Notes: generated by a model not told the origin, from the letters alone. Positions 38,341-51,556 are shown, counted from the stretch's first letter. The stretch: DNA of 64,000 bases from Alphaproteobacteria bacterium (GCA_965232515.1 CBDDPY010000002.1:3040001-3104000), one strand, 5' to 3'. Program-made: numbers and translations.

Positions 38341-38826
38341 TCAGACCTGCCCCATGATGGTGTCGGCGCCGGATACGGCCATTTCGCCCGGGTTTTCCTC
38401 GATATTGATGGCCTTGACGGTACCGTCGTCGACCAGGATCGAGAACCGGGTCGCGCGCACGCCCATGCCACGGGCCGTCAGGTCAAGCTCAAGGCCCAGC
38501 TTCTTGGTGTAGTCGGCCGAACCGTCGGCCAACATCATCACTTTGTCGCCGGCGTTCTGGTCCTTGCCCCAGGCGCCCATGACGAAGGGGTCGTTCACCG
38601 ACATGCAGGCGATCGTGTCGACGCCCTTGGCCTTCAGATCGTCGGCATGCTGAACGTAGCTCGGTACGTGCTTGGCCGAGCAGGTCGGCGTAAATGCGCC
38701 CGGCAGTCCGAACAACACCACTTTCTTGCCCGAAAACAATTCGGATGTCGGCACCGGTTGCGGGCCACCGTCGCCCATCGTCATCATGGTGCCTTCCGGC
38801 ATCTTGTCCCCTACGCTGATCGTCAT
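38341..38826 (-). CDS. Peroxiredoxin (Prx5 type)
   Basis: KKVVLFGLPGAFTPTCS..HVP, SVNDPFVM.AW, LADGS. Confidence 0.95.
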   Translation of the reverse strand: MTISVGDKMPEGTMMTMGDGGPQPVPTSELFSGKKVVLFGLPGAFTPTCSAKHVPSYVQHADDLKAKGVDTIACMSVNDPFVMGAWGKDQNAGDKVMMLADGSADYTKKLGLELDLTARGMGVRATRFSILVDDGTVKAINIEENPGEMAVSGADTIMGQV

Positions 38827-38973
38827 CGTCATCCCTCCAAGTGTCCCGGATTGCCCCGGCAATCCCCTGCGCACCGGCTTATAGCCGTCCGACGGTGCAT
38901 TGAAAAGCATGCCGCCCGAGGCGACAACGGAAATCGGTAAATGACGATCCGATCGGCCCGCTGGCGCGTCGAG

Positions 38974-39822
38974 TCAGCTTCCGGGCCGGGCCTTGGTCTT
39001 GAACTCGACCGCCCGCTTGCCGTCGACCAGCGTCAGCACGAGGTTCTGATCGGCCAGCACTTGTGCCGTGCCGCTGGCATGGACAGGCAGCCGCAGACGG
39101 GCGCGGCGGCCGTCGTCATCGAGCTGCACGTCGGGCCGGCCGAAGCGAAACGGGAACGGCGCTTCGACAAACATGTCCGGCGCCTGGAACGCCGTTTCGC
39201 CGCGGACCACGACTTCCAGAACCTGATCGTCGCCTGATTTGAGGACGTTGATCGCCTCGATGCTTTCGGGGCCGTCCGCAGGCAGGCGATGCAGATAATC
39301 GTTGATCAGCGCGGCATGCGCGGTCGAGGCCGCCGGTCCGGCCGGCAGGTCGAGTGCCAATTCAGCGCTCGCCGGCACGCAGATCTCGGCGCAGACCATG
39401 TATTCCACCGCGACCCGGGCGGCGACGGGCTGGCCCGGCCGCTGCAGCTTGATGTCGATCGGAAAAACGATTTCCTCGGCATAGCCGAAACTGTCGAAAC
39501 CGAACGCCGTGAACCGCTTCGGCGCCGGCCAGGCGATCTCGGCGTTGGCAACATTGCGCGAGCCCGACCAGTCCAGTCGCGGCGGAAGACCGGCATCGCC
39601 CGGATCGCGCCAGTAGGTCTTCCAGCCGGGCTCCAGGCGGATCTGCAGACCGACCGAAATGCTGGCGCCGTCGCCGACCGTGGATTGCGCCGAGACCAGG
39701 CGGATGTGACTGTCCTGGTTGTCGACCCAGGCACTGTCAGCCGCCATGGCCGGCGTTACGGCGACAAACAGACCGATTGCCGCGGCGGCGCCGCATTGAG
39801 ACATTCTTAACGCCATTGCCAT
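38974..39822 (-). CDS. DsbD N-terminal domain protein
   Basis: Signal peptide, L.PGWKTYWR.PGDAG.PP, WPAP.RF, VC..ICVP. Confidence 0.88.
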   Translation of the reverse strand: MAMALRMSQCGAAAAIGLFVAVTPAMAADSAWVDNQDSHIRLVSAQSTVGDGASISVGLQIRLEPGWKTYWRDPGDAGLPPRLDWSGSRNVANAEIAWPAPKRFTAFGFDSFGYAEEIVFPIDIKLQRPGQPVAARVAVEYMVCAEICVPASAELALDLPAGPAASTAHAALINDYLHRLPADGPESIEAINVLKSGDDQVLEVVVRGETAFQAPDMFVEAPFPFRFGRPDVQLDDDGRRARLRLPVHASGTAQVLADQNLVLTLVDGKRAVEFKTKARPGS

Positions 39823-39940
39823 GATCCTAGCCCGGTCAGCAAATGATTGCGCCCCGCCGGTTATATGGGGCTAAATGTAAAACTGGTTTTGACAATCTCG
39901 TGACCTTGCATCGGCAGCCCAAGGCCTAAATCTCTTTAGC

Positions 39941-40516
39941 ATGAGCAACGACGAAAATCTTGAAGGCTACCTGGAAGGGCAACTGTTGATCGCCATGCCC
40001 TCGATGCAGGATCCGCGCTTCGAGCGTACCGTGATCTATATGTGCGCCCATTCGGCGCAGGGCGCCATGGGATTGGTCGTAAACAAGCTCGCCGATCACA
40101 TCTCGTTCCACGATCTACTGGATCAGCTGACCATCGACGTGCCGGAGGTCGAGAACGAAATCCGCGTCCATGTCGGCGGACCGGTCGAGACCGGACGTGG
40201 CTTCGTCCTGCATACCGGCGATTACCAGCAGGAATCGACCCTGTTGGTGAACCCAGAATTCGGCCTGACGGCCACGGTCGATATCCTGCGCTCGATCGCG
40301 GTCGGCGAAGGACCGCGGCGCAGCCTGCTGGCGCTGGGCTACGCCGGCTGGGCGCCAGGTCAACTCGACAGCGAAATCCAGGAAAACGGCTGGCTGCACA
40401 CGCCGGCGGATCTGGATCTGGTCTTCGACAGCGATCTCGAAGGCAAATGGGAACGCGCGATCAACAAGTTGGGGATCGACGTCTCGTTCCTGTCATCCGA
40501 CGCGGGCCACGCTTAG
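39941..40516 (+). CDS. YqgE/AlgH family protein
   Basis: LLIAMP.M.DPRF.R.V, GGPVE..RGFVLH, LGYAGW..GQL..E. Confidence 0.95.
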   Translation: MSNDENLEGYLEGQLLIAMPSMQDPRFERTVIYMCAHSAQGAMGLVVNKLADHISFHDLLDQLTIDVPEVENEIRVHVGGPVETGRGFVLHTGDYQQESTLLVNPEFGLTATVDILRSIAVGEGPRRSLLALGYAGWAPGQLDSEIQENGWLHTPADLDLVFDSDLEGKWERAINKLGIDVSFLSSDAGHA

Positions 40517-40537
40517 CCCGCATTCGACAGCACCTGA

Positions 40538-41167
40538 TCAGGATCCGACGGTCGCGCCTTCGGCCGGCGCGGGAACGGCTTCGCGCTTGTCGCTGCCGAG
40601 CATGGCGAACAGCACATGATCGCGCCAGGCACCGTTGATCCGCAGGTATTCGCGCGCCAGCCCTTCCTCGCGAAAACCGACCCGGCGAAGAACGGCTTTG
40701 CTGCGGTCGTTATTGGGCAGGCAGGCCGCCTCCAGCCGGTGCAGCCGCAGCTCGCCGAACACGAACGGCAGGATCGCCTTCACCGCGTCCGACATGTGCC
40801 CCTTGCCGGCATAGTCCTTGCCCATCCAGTAGCCGAGCGAGCAGGACTGGGTGACGCCGCGACGGATGTTGGTCAAGGTGACGCCGCCCACCAGCCGGTC
40901 ATCGGAGCGCCGGAACACGAAAAATGCATAGCCGAAGCCGTCGCGGGCATCCCGGTGATAACGCCGCAGCCGCCGGCGGAACGCGTTGCGCGTGAGTTCG
41001 TCGACCGACCAGGTCGGCTCCCATGGCGTCAGGAATTCTCGGCTGGCCGCGCGCAGACGCGCCCAATCGGCCCAATCGGTCAATTGCGGCGGGCGCAGAT
41101 AGACCCGATTGCCCTGGACCACCGGCGCCGGGCCGGACCATGGTGGATTACGGAGAAATGCTGACAA
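40538..41167 (-). CDS. rimJ: RimJ-type GNAT N-acetyltransferase
   Basis: LR.ASR.FL.PWEP.W, LGYWMG, LHRLEAACLP.N, YLRING.WRDH; TTG start inferred. Confidence 0.85.
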   Translation of the reverse strand: MSAFLRNPPWSGPAPVVQGNRVYLRPPQLTDWADWARLRAASREFLTPWEPTWSVDELTRNAFRRRLRRYHRDARDGFGYAFFVFRRSDDRLVGGVTLTNIRRGVTQSCSLGYWMGKDYAGKGHMSDAVKAILPFVFGELRLHRLEAACLPNNDRSKAVLRRVGFREEGLAREYLRINGAWRDHVLFAMLGSDKREAVPAPAEGATVGS

Positions 41168-41193
41168 GGACCTTTGACCGCCACCCTTTTCGT

Positions 41194-42453
41194 TCAGCCA
41201 AATTTTGCCGCGATGAGGTCGTAGCTTGCAAGCTTGTCGATGGGTCCGAGCGCCGCCACGGCCGGTTGGCCGGCGCCGCAGATCCGCGCCGCCACGCGTC
41301 GCACGGCCGCGGTATCGACCGCTTCGATCTCGCCGACGATCTCGTCGACCGGCAGCGGACGGCCGTGAATCAGCATCTGCCGGCCCAGTTGCTCGGCCCG
41401 ACCGGACGAGCTTTCGAGCGACATCAAGGTGCCGGCCTTCAGTTGCGCCCGGGCCCGCGCCACCTCCTCGTCGCCGGCATCGTCGGCCAGCCGGGTCAGC
41501 TCGTCGCACATGACCGGCACCAGCTCGGCCACCTGATCCGCGCCGGTGCCGGCATAGACGCCGAACATGCCGCCGTCGAGATAGGACGAGGCGAAGCTGA
41601 ATACCGAATAGCAGAGGCCGCGCTTCTCGCGCACTTCCTGGAACAGGCGCGACGACATGCCACCGCCCAATACGGTCGACATCACCTGAGAGGCATAGAA
41701 ATCGTCGTCGTGATAGCGCAGGCCCGGCAGGCCCATGGCGAAATGCACCTGCTCCAGCTCGCGCTGATCGCGGTAATCGCCGCCGGCATAGCTGGCCGGC
41801 GCGAAACTGGGCGCGTCGGCCGCGGACAGGTCGCCGAAGGCCGCTTCGGCGAGCGCGACGATGGCGGCGTGCTCGACGGCGCCCGCAGCGACCAGCACCA
41901 TGCGCGGGCCCAGATAATGCCGCTGCATGAAACCGGCCAGCGCCTCGCGGGCCATGTTCTCGACCCGCTCGACTGTGCCCAGGATCGACCAGCCGAGCGG
42001 CTGATCCGGATAGGCTGTCGCCTGGAGTTGATCGAAGATGATGTCGTCGGGCGTGTCCTCGGTCTGGCCGATCTCCTGCACCACGACCGTGCGCTCGCGC
42101 TCGAGTTCGTCCGCGTCGAACACCGAATGCTGCAGAATGTCCGCCAGGATATCGACGGCGAGCGGCACATCGTCCCGCAGGACGCGGGCGAAATAGGCTG
42201 TTTGCTCGCGGCTGGTGTAAGCGTTCAGGTGGCCGCCCACCGCCTCGATCTCCTCGGCGATCGCCTGGGCGCTGCGCCGTTTGGTGCCCTTGAAGGCCAT
42301 ATGCTCGAGCAGGTGCGCGACGCCGTTAACCTCGGGCGTCTCGTAACGGGCGCCGGCATCGACCCAGACGCCGACCGAGGCGCTCTGGAGACGCGGCATG
42401 GCGTCGGTGACGACGCGCAGGCCATTGGCAAGGGTGGTTACGTCAACGGTCAC
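41194..42453 (-). CDS. M16 (pitrilysin) family peptidase
   Basis: Inverted zinc motif HLLEH, LNAYTSRE, GGGMSSRLFQEVREKRGL. Confidence 0.95.
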   Translation of the reverse strand: MTVDVTTLANGLRVVTDAMPRLQSASVGVWVDAGARYETPEVNGVAHLLEHMAFKGTKRRSAQAIAEEIEAVGGHLNAYTSREQTAYFARVLRDDVPLAVDILADILQHSVFDADELERERTVVVQEIGQTEDTPDDIIFDQLQATAYPDQPLGWSILGTVERVENMAREALAGFMQRHYLGPRMVLVAAGAVEHAAIVALAEAAFGDLSAADAPSFAPASYAGGDYRDQRELEQVHFAMGLPGLRYHDDDFYASQVMSTVLGGGMSSRLFQEVREKRGLCYSVFSFASSYLDGGMFGVYAGTGADQVAELVPVMCDELTRLADDAGDEEVARARAQLKAGTLMSLESSSGRAEQLGRQMLIHGRPLPVDEIVGEIEAVDTAAVRRVAARICGAGQPAVAALGPIDKLASYDLIAAKFG

Positions 42454-42476
42454 GGGCGCAAGCCTCCGGTTGAAAT

Positions 42477-43871
42477 CTATGCCTGGCCGCCGATCAGCCC
42501 GCGGATATGCGCCTGGACGGCGGCAAGCTCGTTCGGCAGCACGTCGTAGCGTTCCTCACGATCGTAAAGATCGGCCAAACGCGGGGGCAGCTCGGGGCGC
42601 CGGCGGGTCGCCTTCTCGACGGCATCGGGGAACTTCGCCGGATGCGCCGTGCCCAGCACCACGACCGGCGTGTCGTCCGGCGTCCGGCCGCGGGCGGCGG
42701 CGACGCCGACGGCGGTGTGCGGGTCCAGTAGCAGGCCCGTCTCGGCGTGAACCCGGCCGATCATGGCGGTGGTCTCGGCCTCGTCGGCCCGGCCGCTGTC
42801 GAAGAGCGCACGGGTATTGGCGAGACGCGCGGCCTCGATGGCGAAACCGCCGTTCGCCGACAGATCGCGCATATGCGCCGACACGGTGGCGCCGTCGCGG
42901 CCCGCGAGATCGAACAGCAGGCGCTCGAAGTTGCTGGCGACCTGGATGTCCATGCTCGGGCTCTGGGTCGCGTGCACCTCGCCAACACGGTATTCGCCGG
43001 TCTGGAAGAAGCGGTGCAGGATGTCGTTGCGGTTGGTGGCGACGACAAGCCGTTCGACCGGCAGGCCCATGGCGGCGGCGACATAGCCGGCATAGACATC
43101 GCCGAAATTACCGGTCGGCACGCAGAACGCGACCGGCCGGTCGGGGCCGCCGAGCGCGGCCGCGGCGGTGAAATAGTAGACTGCCTGCGGCAGCACGCGG
43201 GCCCAGTTGATCGAGTTGATCGCGGAGAGCGCGATCTCGTCGCGAAAGGCCATGTCGTTGAACATCGCCTTCAGCAGCGCCTGGCAATCGTCGAACGTGC
43301 CTTGAACGGCAATATTGTGCACGTTCGCCGCGGTCACGGTGGTCATCTGCCGGCGCTGCACCTCGGACACCCGGTCGAGCGGATGCAGGATGACCACGTC
43401 GATGCCGGCGCGGTCGCGGAAGGCCTCGATGGCGGCCGCGCCCGTGTCGCCCGAGGTGGCGCCGACGATGGTCAGGCGCTGCGAACGGCGGGCCAGCACA
43501 TGCTCGAACAGCCGGGCCAGCAACTGCATGGCCACGTCCTTGAAGGCGAGCGTCGGTCCGTGGAACAGCTCCATCAGCCACTCGTTCGGCCCAAGCTGAC
43601 GCAGCGGCGCCACCGAATGGTGGTCGAAGACCTCGTAAGTGGTCCGGACGATATCGGCGAAAGCATCCGGCTCGATACCGTCGGCGAACGGCGCCATCAC
43701 CCGGGTGGCGACGGCGTGATAGGGCATGGCGGCGAACGATCTGATATCGGCGGCCGAAAGGTCCGGCCAGGCGTCGGGCACGTAAAGGCCGCCGTCGCGC
43801 GCCAGGCCGGTCAGCAGCACGTCCTCGAAGCCCAATTCGGGCGCCGTTCCTCGGGTGCTGATGTAATTCAA
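42477..43871 (-). CDS. thrC: Threonine synthase
   Basis: YISTRG, ELFHGPTLAFKD, ATSGDTG, NSINWAR, PTGNFG, TAHPAKF. Confidence 0.97.
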   Translation of the reverse strand: MNYISTRGTAPELGFEDVLLTGLARDGGLYVPDAWPDLSAADIRSFAAMPYHAVATRVMAPFADGIEPDAFADIVRTTYEVFDHHSVAPLRQLGPNEWLMELFHGPTLAFKDVAMQLLARLFEHVLARRSQRLTIVGATSGDTGAAAIEAFRDRAGIDVVILHPLDRVSEVQRRQMTTVTAANVHNIAVQGTFDDCQALLKAMFNDMAFRDEIALSAINSINWARVLPQAVYYFTAAAALGGPDRPVAFCVPTGNFGDVYAGYVAAAMGLPVERLVVATNRNDILHRFFQTGEYRVGEVHATQSPSMDIQVASNFERLLFDLAGRDGATVSAHMRDLSANGGFAIEAARLANTRALFDSGRADEAETTAMIGRVHAETGLLLDPHTAVGVAAARGRTPDDTPVVVLGTAHPAKFPDAVEKATRRRPELPPRLADLYDREERYDVLPNELAAVQAHIRGLIGGQA

Positions 43872-43910
43872 CGCGGTGATCTCCGACGGCGTGGCAAAGC
43901 GGGCGCTAGC

Positions 43911-45401
43911 CTACCCCAAATAGCGCGCCTGTAAATGCGCCTTGAACGGCGCCGCGTCCAGCGGCCGGCCGGTCGCCCGCTGGAGCAGGCCGTCGGCATC
44001 GTGCCGCCGCCCCTGGCCATGCACGTTGTAGCGCAGCCAGGTCAGCAGCGGCGTGAAGTCGCCGGCTTCGATCCCGGTGACGATATCCGGCGACTGCGCC
44101 ACCGCGGCGGCATAGAACTGCGCCGCGGCCATGGCGCCCAGCGTATAGGTCGGGAAATAGCCGATCGCGCCGTCCATCCAGTGGATATCCTGCAGGCAGC
44201 CGTCCCGGTCGTCGGGCGGGCGAACGCCCACCAGCTCCGCCATGCCGTCGTTCCAGGCCGCCGGCAGGTCGGCGACCGGCAGATCGCCTGACAGCAATGC
44301 CCGCTCGAGCCGGTAACGCAGGATGATGTGCAGCGGATAGGTCACCTCGTCGGCGTCGACCCGGATCAGCCCGCGCTCGACGCGCTGATAGAGCCGCAGG
44401 ATGTTGTCCTGGCCCCAGGGCGCGCCGTCGCCGCCGAAGGCCGCGGCCATGCGCGGCAGGGCGTAACCGAGGAAGTGGTCGCCGCGGCAGACCTGCATCT
44501 CGATCAGCAGCGACTGGCTCTCGTGCAGCAGCATGCCGCCGGAGTTGCCGACCGGCTGCCGCCGCCAGGCCGACGGCAGGCCGCGTTCGTAAAGCGCATG
44601 GCCGGTCTCGTGCAGGACGCCCATCAGGGCCGACGTGAAGTCGTCGGTGGTGTAGCGCGTTGTGATACGGACGTCGTCGGGCACGCCGCCCGTGAAGGGA
44701 TGCGCACTGACGTCGAGCCGGCCGTGCGCGAAGTCGAAACCTAGCGCGGTCATGAAATCGGCGGCGAGACGCTGCTGCGCCGCGATGTCGAACGGCCCCT
44801 CGGGCCGCAGCGGCGGCTCGGCCGCGCCCTGCCGCATCAGCACATCGTCGAGGAAGTCGGGCAGGAACTCGGCAAGGTCGTCGAACACGCGATCGACGGT
44901 CGCCGAGGTCAGGCCGGTTTCATATTCATCGAGCAGGGCATCATAGGGCGCGCAGCCGAAGGCCTGGGTCCGGCAGTCGGCGATTTCCCTTGTCAGCCGC
45001 AGCACCTCCTCCAGATGGGGTTGCTGCCGCGCAAAATCGTTCTGCGGCCGGGCCTCGCGCCAAACCATCTCGGAGGCGCTGCCGGCGCGCTCGATCTCGG
45101 CGACCAGCGACGACGGGACCGCCGTGGCATAGCGCCAGGCGCGGCGCATCTCGCGCAGGTTCGCGGCTTGCCAGTCGTCGAGATCGCCGGCCGCGGCCTC
45201 GGCCGCATCCAGCAGGTCGGCGACGCGCGGTTCGGTCAGCATGTCCTGCGCCAGCACGGCGAGCGTGGCGATCTGCTCGGCCCGGCCCTCGGCCGCGCCC
45301 GCCGGCATCATCGTCGCCCGGTCCCAATGCAGCATGCCGCGGGCTTCGGACAACAGCGCTCGGCGTTCGAAGATGCGCTCCAGATCCTGATAAGCGGTCA
45401 T
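43911..45401 (-). CDS. Carboxypeptidase M32
   Basis: HPF, D.RITTRY, HETGH, HESQ, IRVDADE.TY, GCLQDIHW, GYFPTY. Confidence 0.95.
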   Translation of the reverse strand: MTAYQDLERIFERRALLSEARGMLHWDRATMMPAGAAEGRAEQIATLAVLAQDMLTEPRVADLLDAAEAAAGDLDDWQAANLREMRRAWRYATAVPSSLVAEIERAGSASEMVWREARPQNDFARQQPHLEEVLRLTREIADCRTQAFGCAPYDALLDEYETGLTSATVDRVFDDLAEFLPDFLDDVLMRQGAAEPPLRPEGPFDIAAQQRLAADFMTALGFDFAHGRLDVSAHPFTGGVPDDVRITTRYTTDDFTSALMGVLHETGHALYERGLPSAWRRQPVGNSGGMLLHESQSLLIEMQVCRGDHFLGYALPRMAAAFGGDGAPWGQDNILRLYQRVERGLIRVDADEVTYPLHIILRYRLERALLSGDLPVADLPAAWNDGMAELVGVRPPDDRDGCLQDIHWMDGAIGYFPTYTLGAMAAAQFYAAAVAQSPDIVTGIEAGDFTPLLTWLRYNVHGQGRRHDADGLLQRATGRPLDAAPFKAHLQARYLG

Positions 45402-46111
45402 GCCGTGTCTCCGTCGCGGCGGCGGTGATAGACGATGTAGATCACCACCAGCACCACCGCCAATGAATACCAGGTGAGCGCATACTCCAGATGCCGATTG
45501 GGGATCTCGGCGCGGAATTGCCCACCGACGGGCAGACCGCCGGGAATCTCATCGGCATCGGCCTCGAGAATGGCAGGCCGGAGCGGCAGACCGGTTGCCT
45601 CGACCATCGCCGGCAGATCGTAGCTGAACCAGAGATTGTCGGCCGGCTGGTTCTCCGGTGTCAGCCAGCCGGCATGGGCGTTTACGCGCAGAATGCCGAT
45701 CACCGTGACCGGACCCGGCACCTGTCCGTCACGCCGGCTCTCGGGATCGCGCCGGTCGAGCGGCACCCAGCCGCGGTTGACCAACAGAACGGTGCCATCC
45801 CCGATCTGAAGCGGCGTAAGCACGTGATAACCGGCCTTTCCGCGGTTGGTGCGGGAGCCGACATAGAGCTCGCGATCGTGCAGAAACCGGCCGCTCGCCG
45901 TAACCTTGCGAAACTCCAGCGCCGCCAGCGCGGCGTCATCCGCCGGCAAGGGCACGGCCGCCGCCGCCAGACCGGCATCGCGCTCGGCGATCAGTTGCGT
46001 CTTCCATTCCAGCCGCTGCAGTTGCCAGGTGCCGAGCCCGACCAGAACCACCAGCATCGACACCGTCAGCAGCGTCGGCCAGAAGGACGGCCGAATTCCA
46101 AAGCCTGTCAT
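45398..46111 (-). CDS. surf1: SURF1 family protein
   Basis: LG.WQLQRL.WK, LVNRGWVP, N.HLEYALTWY; ATG 46111. Confidence 0.93.
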   Translation of the reverse strand: MTGFGIRPSFWPTLLTVSMLVVLVGLGTWQLQRLEWKTQLIAERDAGLAAAAVPLPADDAALAALEFRKVTASGRFLHDRELYVGSRTNRGKAGYHVLTPLQIGDGTVLLVNRGWVPLDRRDPESRRDGQVPGPVTVIGILRVNAHAGWLTPENQPADNLWFSYDLPAMVEATGLPLRPAILEADADEIPGGLPVGGQFRAEIPNRHLEYALTWYSLAVVLVVIYIVYHRRRDGDTA

Positions 46112-46113
46112 GG

Positions 46114-46467
46114 TCAGTCGGTGTCGAAGCCAGGGGTCTTGTGCTTGAACTGATAGGCGATCAGCACGGCCTTGAAGATCCGCAGCAGCAGCACGGAGAT
46201 CCCGATGACGAACGGAACCTGGTAGGCCAGATGCACGATCGCCGGCGGCGCGAATGTCATCTCCACGATATAGGCGAGCAAGACGGCGAGAAAACCGGCA
46301 ACGAAGATGACGAACACCGCCGGGCCGTCGCCACTGTCCTGGGCCGACAGGTCCAGGCCGCAATAGTCGCAACTCGCAGCCACGCGCAGGAGCCCGTCAT
46401 AGAGCTTTCCCCTGCCGCAGCGCGGACATCGGCAGGTCAGGCCGGCAGCTAATGGCGATTGCTCCAT
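46114..46467 (-). CDS. DUF983 family protein
   Basis: GL.CRCPRCG.GKL..G.L.....C..CG.D....D.GDGPA. Confidence 0.88.
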   Translation of the reverse strand: MEQSPLAAGLTCRCPRCGRGKLYDGLLRVAASCDYCGLDLSAQDSGDGPAVFVIFVAGFLAVLLAYIVEMTFAPPAIVHLAYQVPFVIGISVLLLRIFKAVLIAYQFKHKTPGFDTD

Positions 46468-46491
46468 GCCGGCCCGATGCCGTGTGCTCCG

Positions 46492-47304
46492 CTAATGCCC
46501 CGCGATCGTGCCGGCGCCCCAGACGTAGATGCAGGAGAACAGGAAGATCCAGACCACGTCGACGAAGTGCCAGTACCAGGCGGCTGCCTCGAGCCCGAAG
46601 TGATGATCGGGCTTGAAGTGGCCCTTGGCGGCACGGAACAGGCAGACGATCAGGAACAGCGTGCCGATGATCACGTGCGCGCCGTGGAACCCGGTCGCCA
46701 TGAAGAAGGTCGAGCCGTAGATGCCGCCGGTAAAGGCGAACGGCGCGACGGCGTATTCATAGGCTTGCACGCAGGTAAACAACAGGCCGAGCAGCACGGT
46801 GACGGTGAGACCCTGCACGGCGCCCTTCTGGTTGCCCTCGCGGACGGCATGGTGGGCCCAAGTAACGGTCGTGGACGACGTCAGCAGGATCAGCGTGTTC
46901 AGCAGCGGCAGATGCCAGGGATCGAAGGTCTCGACGCCGTCGGGCGGCCAAATGCTGCCCATCTGCTCTGTCGGAAACAGCGCCGCGTTGAAATAGGCCC
47001 AGAACCAGGCGACGAAGAACATCACTTCGGACGCGATGAACAACACCATGCCGTAGCGCAGGCCAAGCTGAACCACCGGCGTATGGTCGCCCTCGACCAC
47101 GGCCTCGTGGATCACGTCGCGCCACCAGACGAACATCGTATAGGCGATGATCAGCAGGCCGATGATCATGACCCACGGCGGACCGTCGTGCATGTACCAG
47201 ACCAAGCCGACGGGCAGCACCAGGCCGCCGATCGCCGCCAGCGCCGGCCAGGGGCTGGGGTTGACCAGATGGTAGTCGTGTGCGGGGGCGTGGGCGTCAG
47301 CCAT
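46492..47304 (-). CDS. ctaE: Cytochrome c oxidase subunit III
   Basis: HDYHLV.PSPWP, FIASEVMFF, ATGFHG.HV, AAAWYWHFVDVVW. Confidence 0.97.
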   Translation of the reverse strand: MADAHAPAHDYHLVNPSPWPALAAIGGLVLPVGLVWYMHDGPPWVMIIGLLIIAYTMFVWWRDVIHEAVVEGDHTPVVQLGLRYGMVLFIASEVMFFVAWFWAYFNAALFPTEQMGSIWPPDGVETFDPWHLPLLNTLILLTSSTTVTWAHHAVREGNQKGAVQGLTVTVLLGLLFTCVQAYEYAVAPFAFTGGIYGSTFFMATGFHGAHVIIGTLFLIVCLFRAAKGHFKPDHHFGLEAAAWYWHFVDVVWIFLFSCIYVWGAGTIAGH

Positions 47305-47364
47305 TACGAGTTAGCTCCCAATTACTTACGTTTTTCATCGTTTCGGTTCCGATCCGCGCGCCAG

Positions 47365-47970
47365 CTAATTCAGCGACGTATCGTCGGTCGCGTCCGGATC
47401 GGCACGCTGCGTGACCTTGACCGGTTCGTCGTCATCGTCGTCCTTCATCGGGAAGAAGGTATAGGACAGCGTAATCGTCTTCACGTCGTCCAGGTTCGGA
47501 TCCTCCGAGATCGCCGGATCGACAAAGAATGAAACCGGCATATCGATGGACTGTCCGGCCGTCAGCGTCTGCTCGGTGAAGCAGAAACATTCGATCTTGT
47601 TGAAGTAGATGCCAGCTTTCAGCGGCGTCACGTTAAAGGTGGCGGTGCCCTTGACGCTTTTATCGGTCGGGTTCTTGGCGACGTAGAAACCGAGCGCGGA
47701 CTCGCCCACCCGGACCTCCATCTCGCGCTGGACCGGCTGAAAGCGCCACGGCATGCCTTTTGCCGTGTCGGCGTTGAAGCGGACCTTGATGCGGCGCTCG
47801 CCAATCTCGGATGGCGCCGCTTCCGCGACCTGCGTGGTGCCGCCATAGCCCGTTACCCGGCAGAACAGCTCGTATAGCGGGACCGAGGCATAGGACAGTC
47901 CGATCATCCCGACGACGATTCCCGCCGCGGCGATGGCGGTCTTGCGGTTGCGCTTTTGCAGATCGTTCAA
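47365..47970 (-). CDS. ctaG: Cytochrome c oxidase assembly protein Cox11/CtaG
   Basis: YASVPLY..FC..TG.GGT, YFNKIECFCF, ITLSYTFF. Confidence 0.95.
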   Translation of the reverse strand: MNDLQKRNRKTAIAAAGIVVGMIGLSYASVPLYELFCRVTGYGGTTQVAEAAPSEIGERRIKVRFNADTAKGMPWRFQPVQREMEVRVGESALGFYVAKNPTDKSVKGTATFNVTPLKAGIYFNKIECFCFTEQTLTAGQSIDMPVSFFVDPAISEDPNLDDVKTITLSYTFFPMKDDDDDEPVKVTQRADPDATDDTSLN

Positions 47971-48089
47971 CTCAACCCTCCCATCTTCACAAGGGAGACA
48001 ATGAAAAACAGCACGACCAGGACCAGCAGCACGCCGGCCAAGGCGTAGTTCCGGCCCCGTCTTTTGCGATGCATGTCGGAAACCGGCAT
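47967..48089 (-). CDS. Small single-TM protein (CoxF-like, 40 aa), absent from the ORF track
   Basis: Translated by hand: MPVSDMHRKRRGRNYALAGVLLVLVVLFFIVSLVKMGGLS; fills the ctaB-ctaG gap and its stop overlaps the ctaG start. Confidence 0.8.
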   Translation of the reverse strand: MPVSDMHRKRRGRNYALAGVLLVLVVLFFIVSLVKMGGLS

Positions 48090-48090
48090 C

Positions 48091-49017
48091 TCAGCCCCCG
48101 AACCCGAGCAGCCGATCGGCCAGCAGCAGGCTGAAAATCAGGAACAGATAGAGGATCGAGAAGCCGAACATGCGTCGGGCGGGGCCGTGATCCTCGTCGT
48201 TGCCGCGCCAGACGCGGACAGCGTGGCCGATGAACATCAGGCCCAGGACGCCGGCCGCGACGCCGTATGCCCATGACACCAGGCCGATCAGGCTCGGCGC
48301 AAGCGTCAGCGGCACCAGCGCTAGCGTATAGAACAGGATCTGCCGGCGGGTTTCGCGGCTGCCCCGGGCGACCGGCAGCATCGGCACGCCGACGCGGCGA
48401 TAGTCGCCGGAGCGATAAAGCGCCAGGGCCCAGAAATGCGGCGGCGTCCACATGAATATGATGGCGAACAACACGACGGAGGCCAACGACACGTCGCCCG
48501 TGACCGCGGCCCAGCCGATCATCGGCGGAAACGCGCCGGCGGCGCCGCCGATGACAATGTTCTGCGGCGTGCGCCGCTTCAGCCACATGGTATAGACGAG
48601 GACGTAGAAGCTGATGGTCAGGGCCAGAATGCCGGCGGCCGCCACGTTGACGAACAGCCCCATGGCCAGCACGGAACCGATCGCCAGCGTCATGCCAAAG
48701 CCGAGCGCCTGACCGGGGTCGACGCGGCCGGCCGGTATCGGCCGGCCCGCCGTGCGGGCCATCTCGGCGTCGATATCGGCGTCGTACCACATATTGATGG
48801 CCCCCGACGCGCCGGCGCCGACGGCGATGCACAACAGCGCCATGACCGCGATGATCGGATGGATCTCGCCCGGCGCCAGCACCAGGCCGACGAACCCGGT
48901 GAACAGCACCAGGCTCATCACCCGCGGCTTCAGCAGCGCCACATAGTCGGCGACGCGCGCCGGGTCCGAGCCCAGACGCGCGTTGGCCGTGGATATGACG
49001 ACCGTTGTGTCCGACAA
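48091..49017 (-). CDS. ctaB: Heme O synthase (protoheme IX farnesyltransferase)
   Basis: [46 protein letters not shown]. Confidence 0.96.
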   Translation of the reverse strand: MSDTTVVISTANARLGSDPARVADYVALLKPRVMSLVLFTGFVGLVLAPGEIHPIIAVMALLCIAVGAGASGAINMWYDADIDAEMARTAGRPIPAGRVDPGQALGFGMTLAIGSVLAMGLFVNVAAAGILALTISFYVLVYTMWLKRRTPQNIVIGGAAGAFPPMIGWAAVTGDVSLASVVLFAIIFMWTPPHFWALALYRSGDYRRVGVPMLPVARGSRETRRQILFYTLALVPLTLAPSLIGLVSWAYGVAAGVLGLMFIGHAVRVWRGNDEDHGPARRMFGFSILYLFLIFSLLLADRLLGFGG

Positions 49018-49056
49018 AAGCCTATCGCCCTCGTTGCTTTCCTCGCGATGCCACCG

Positions 49057-51556
<2,500 letters not shown>

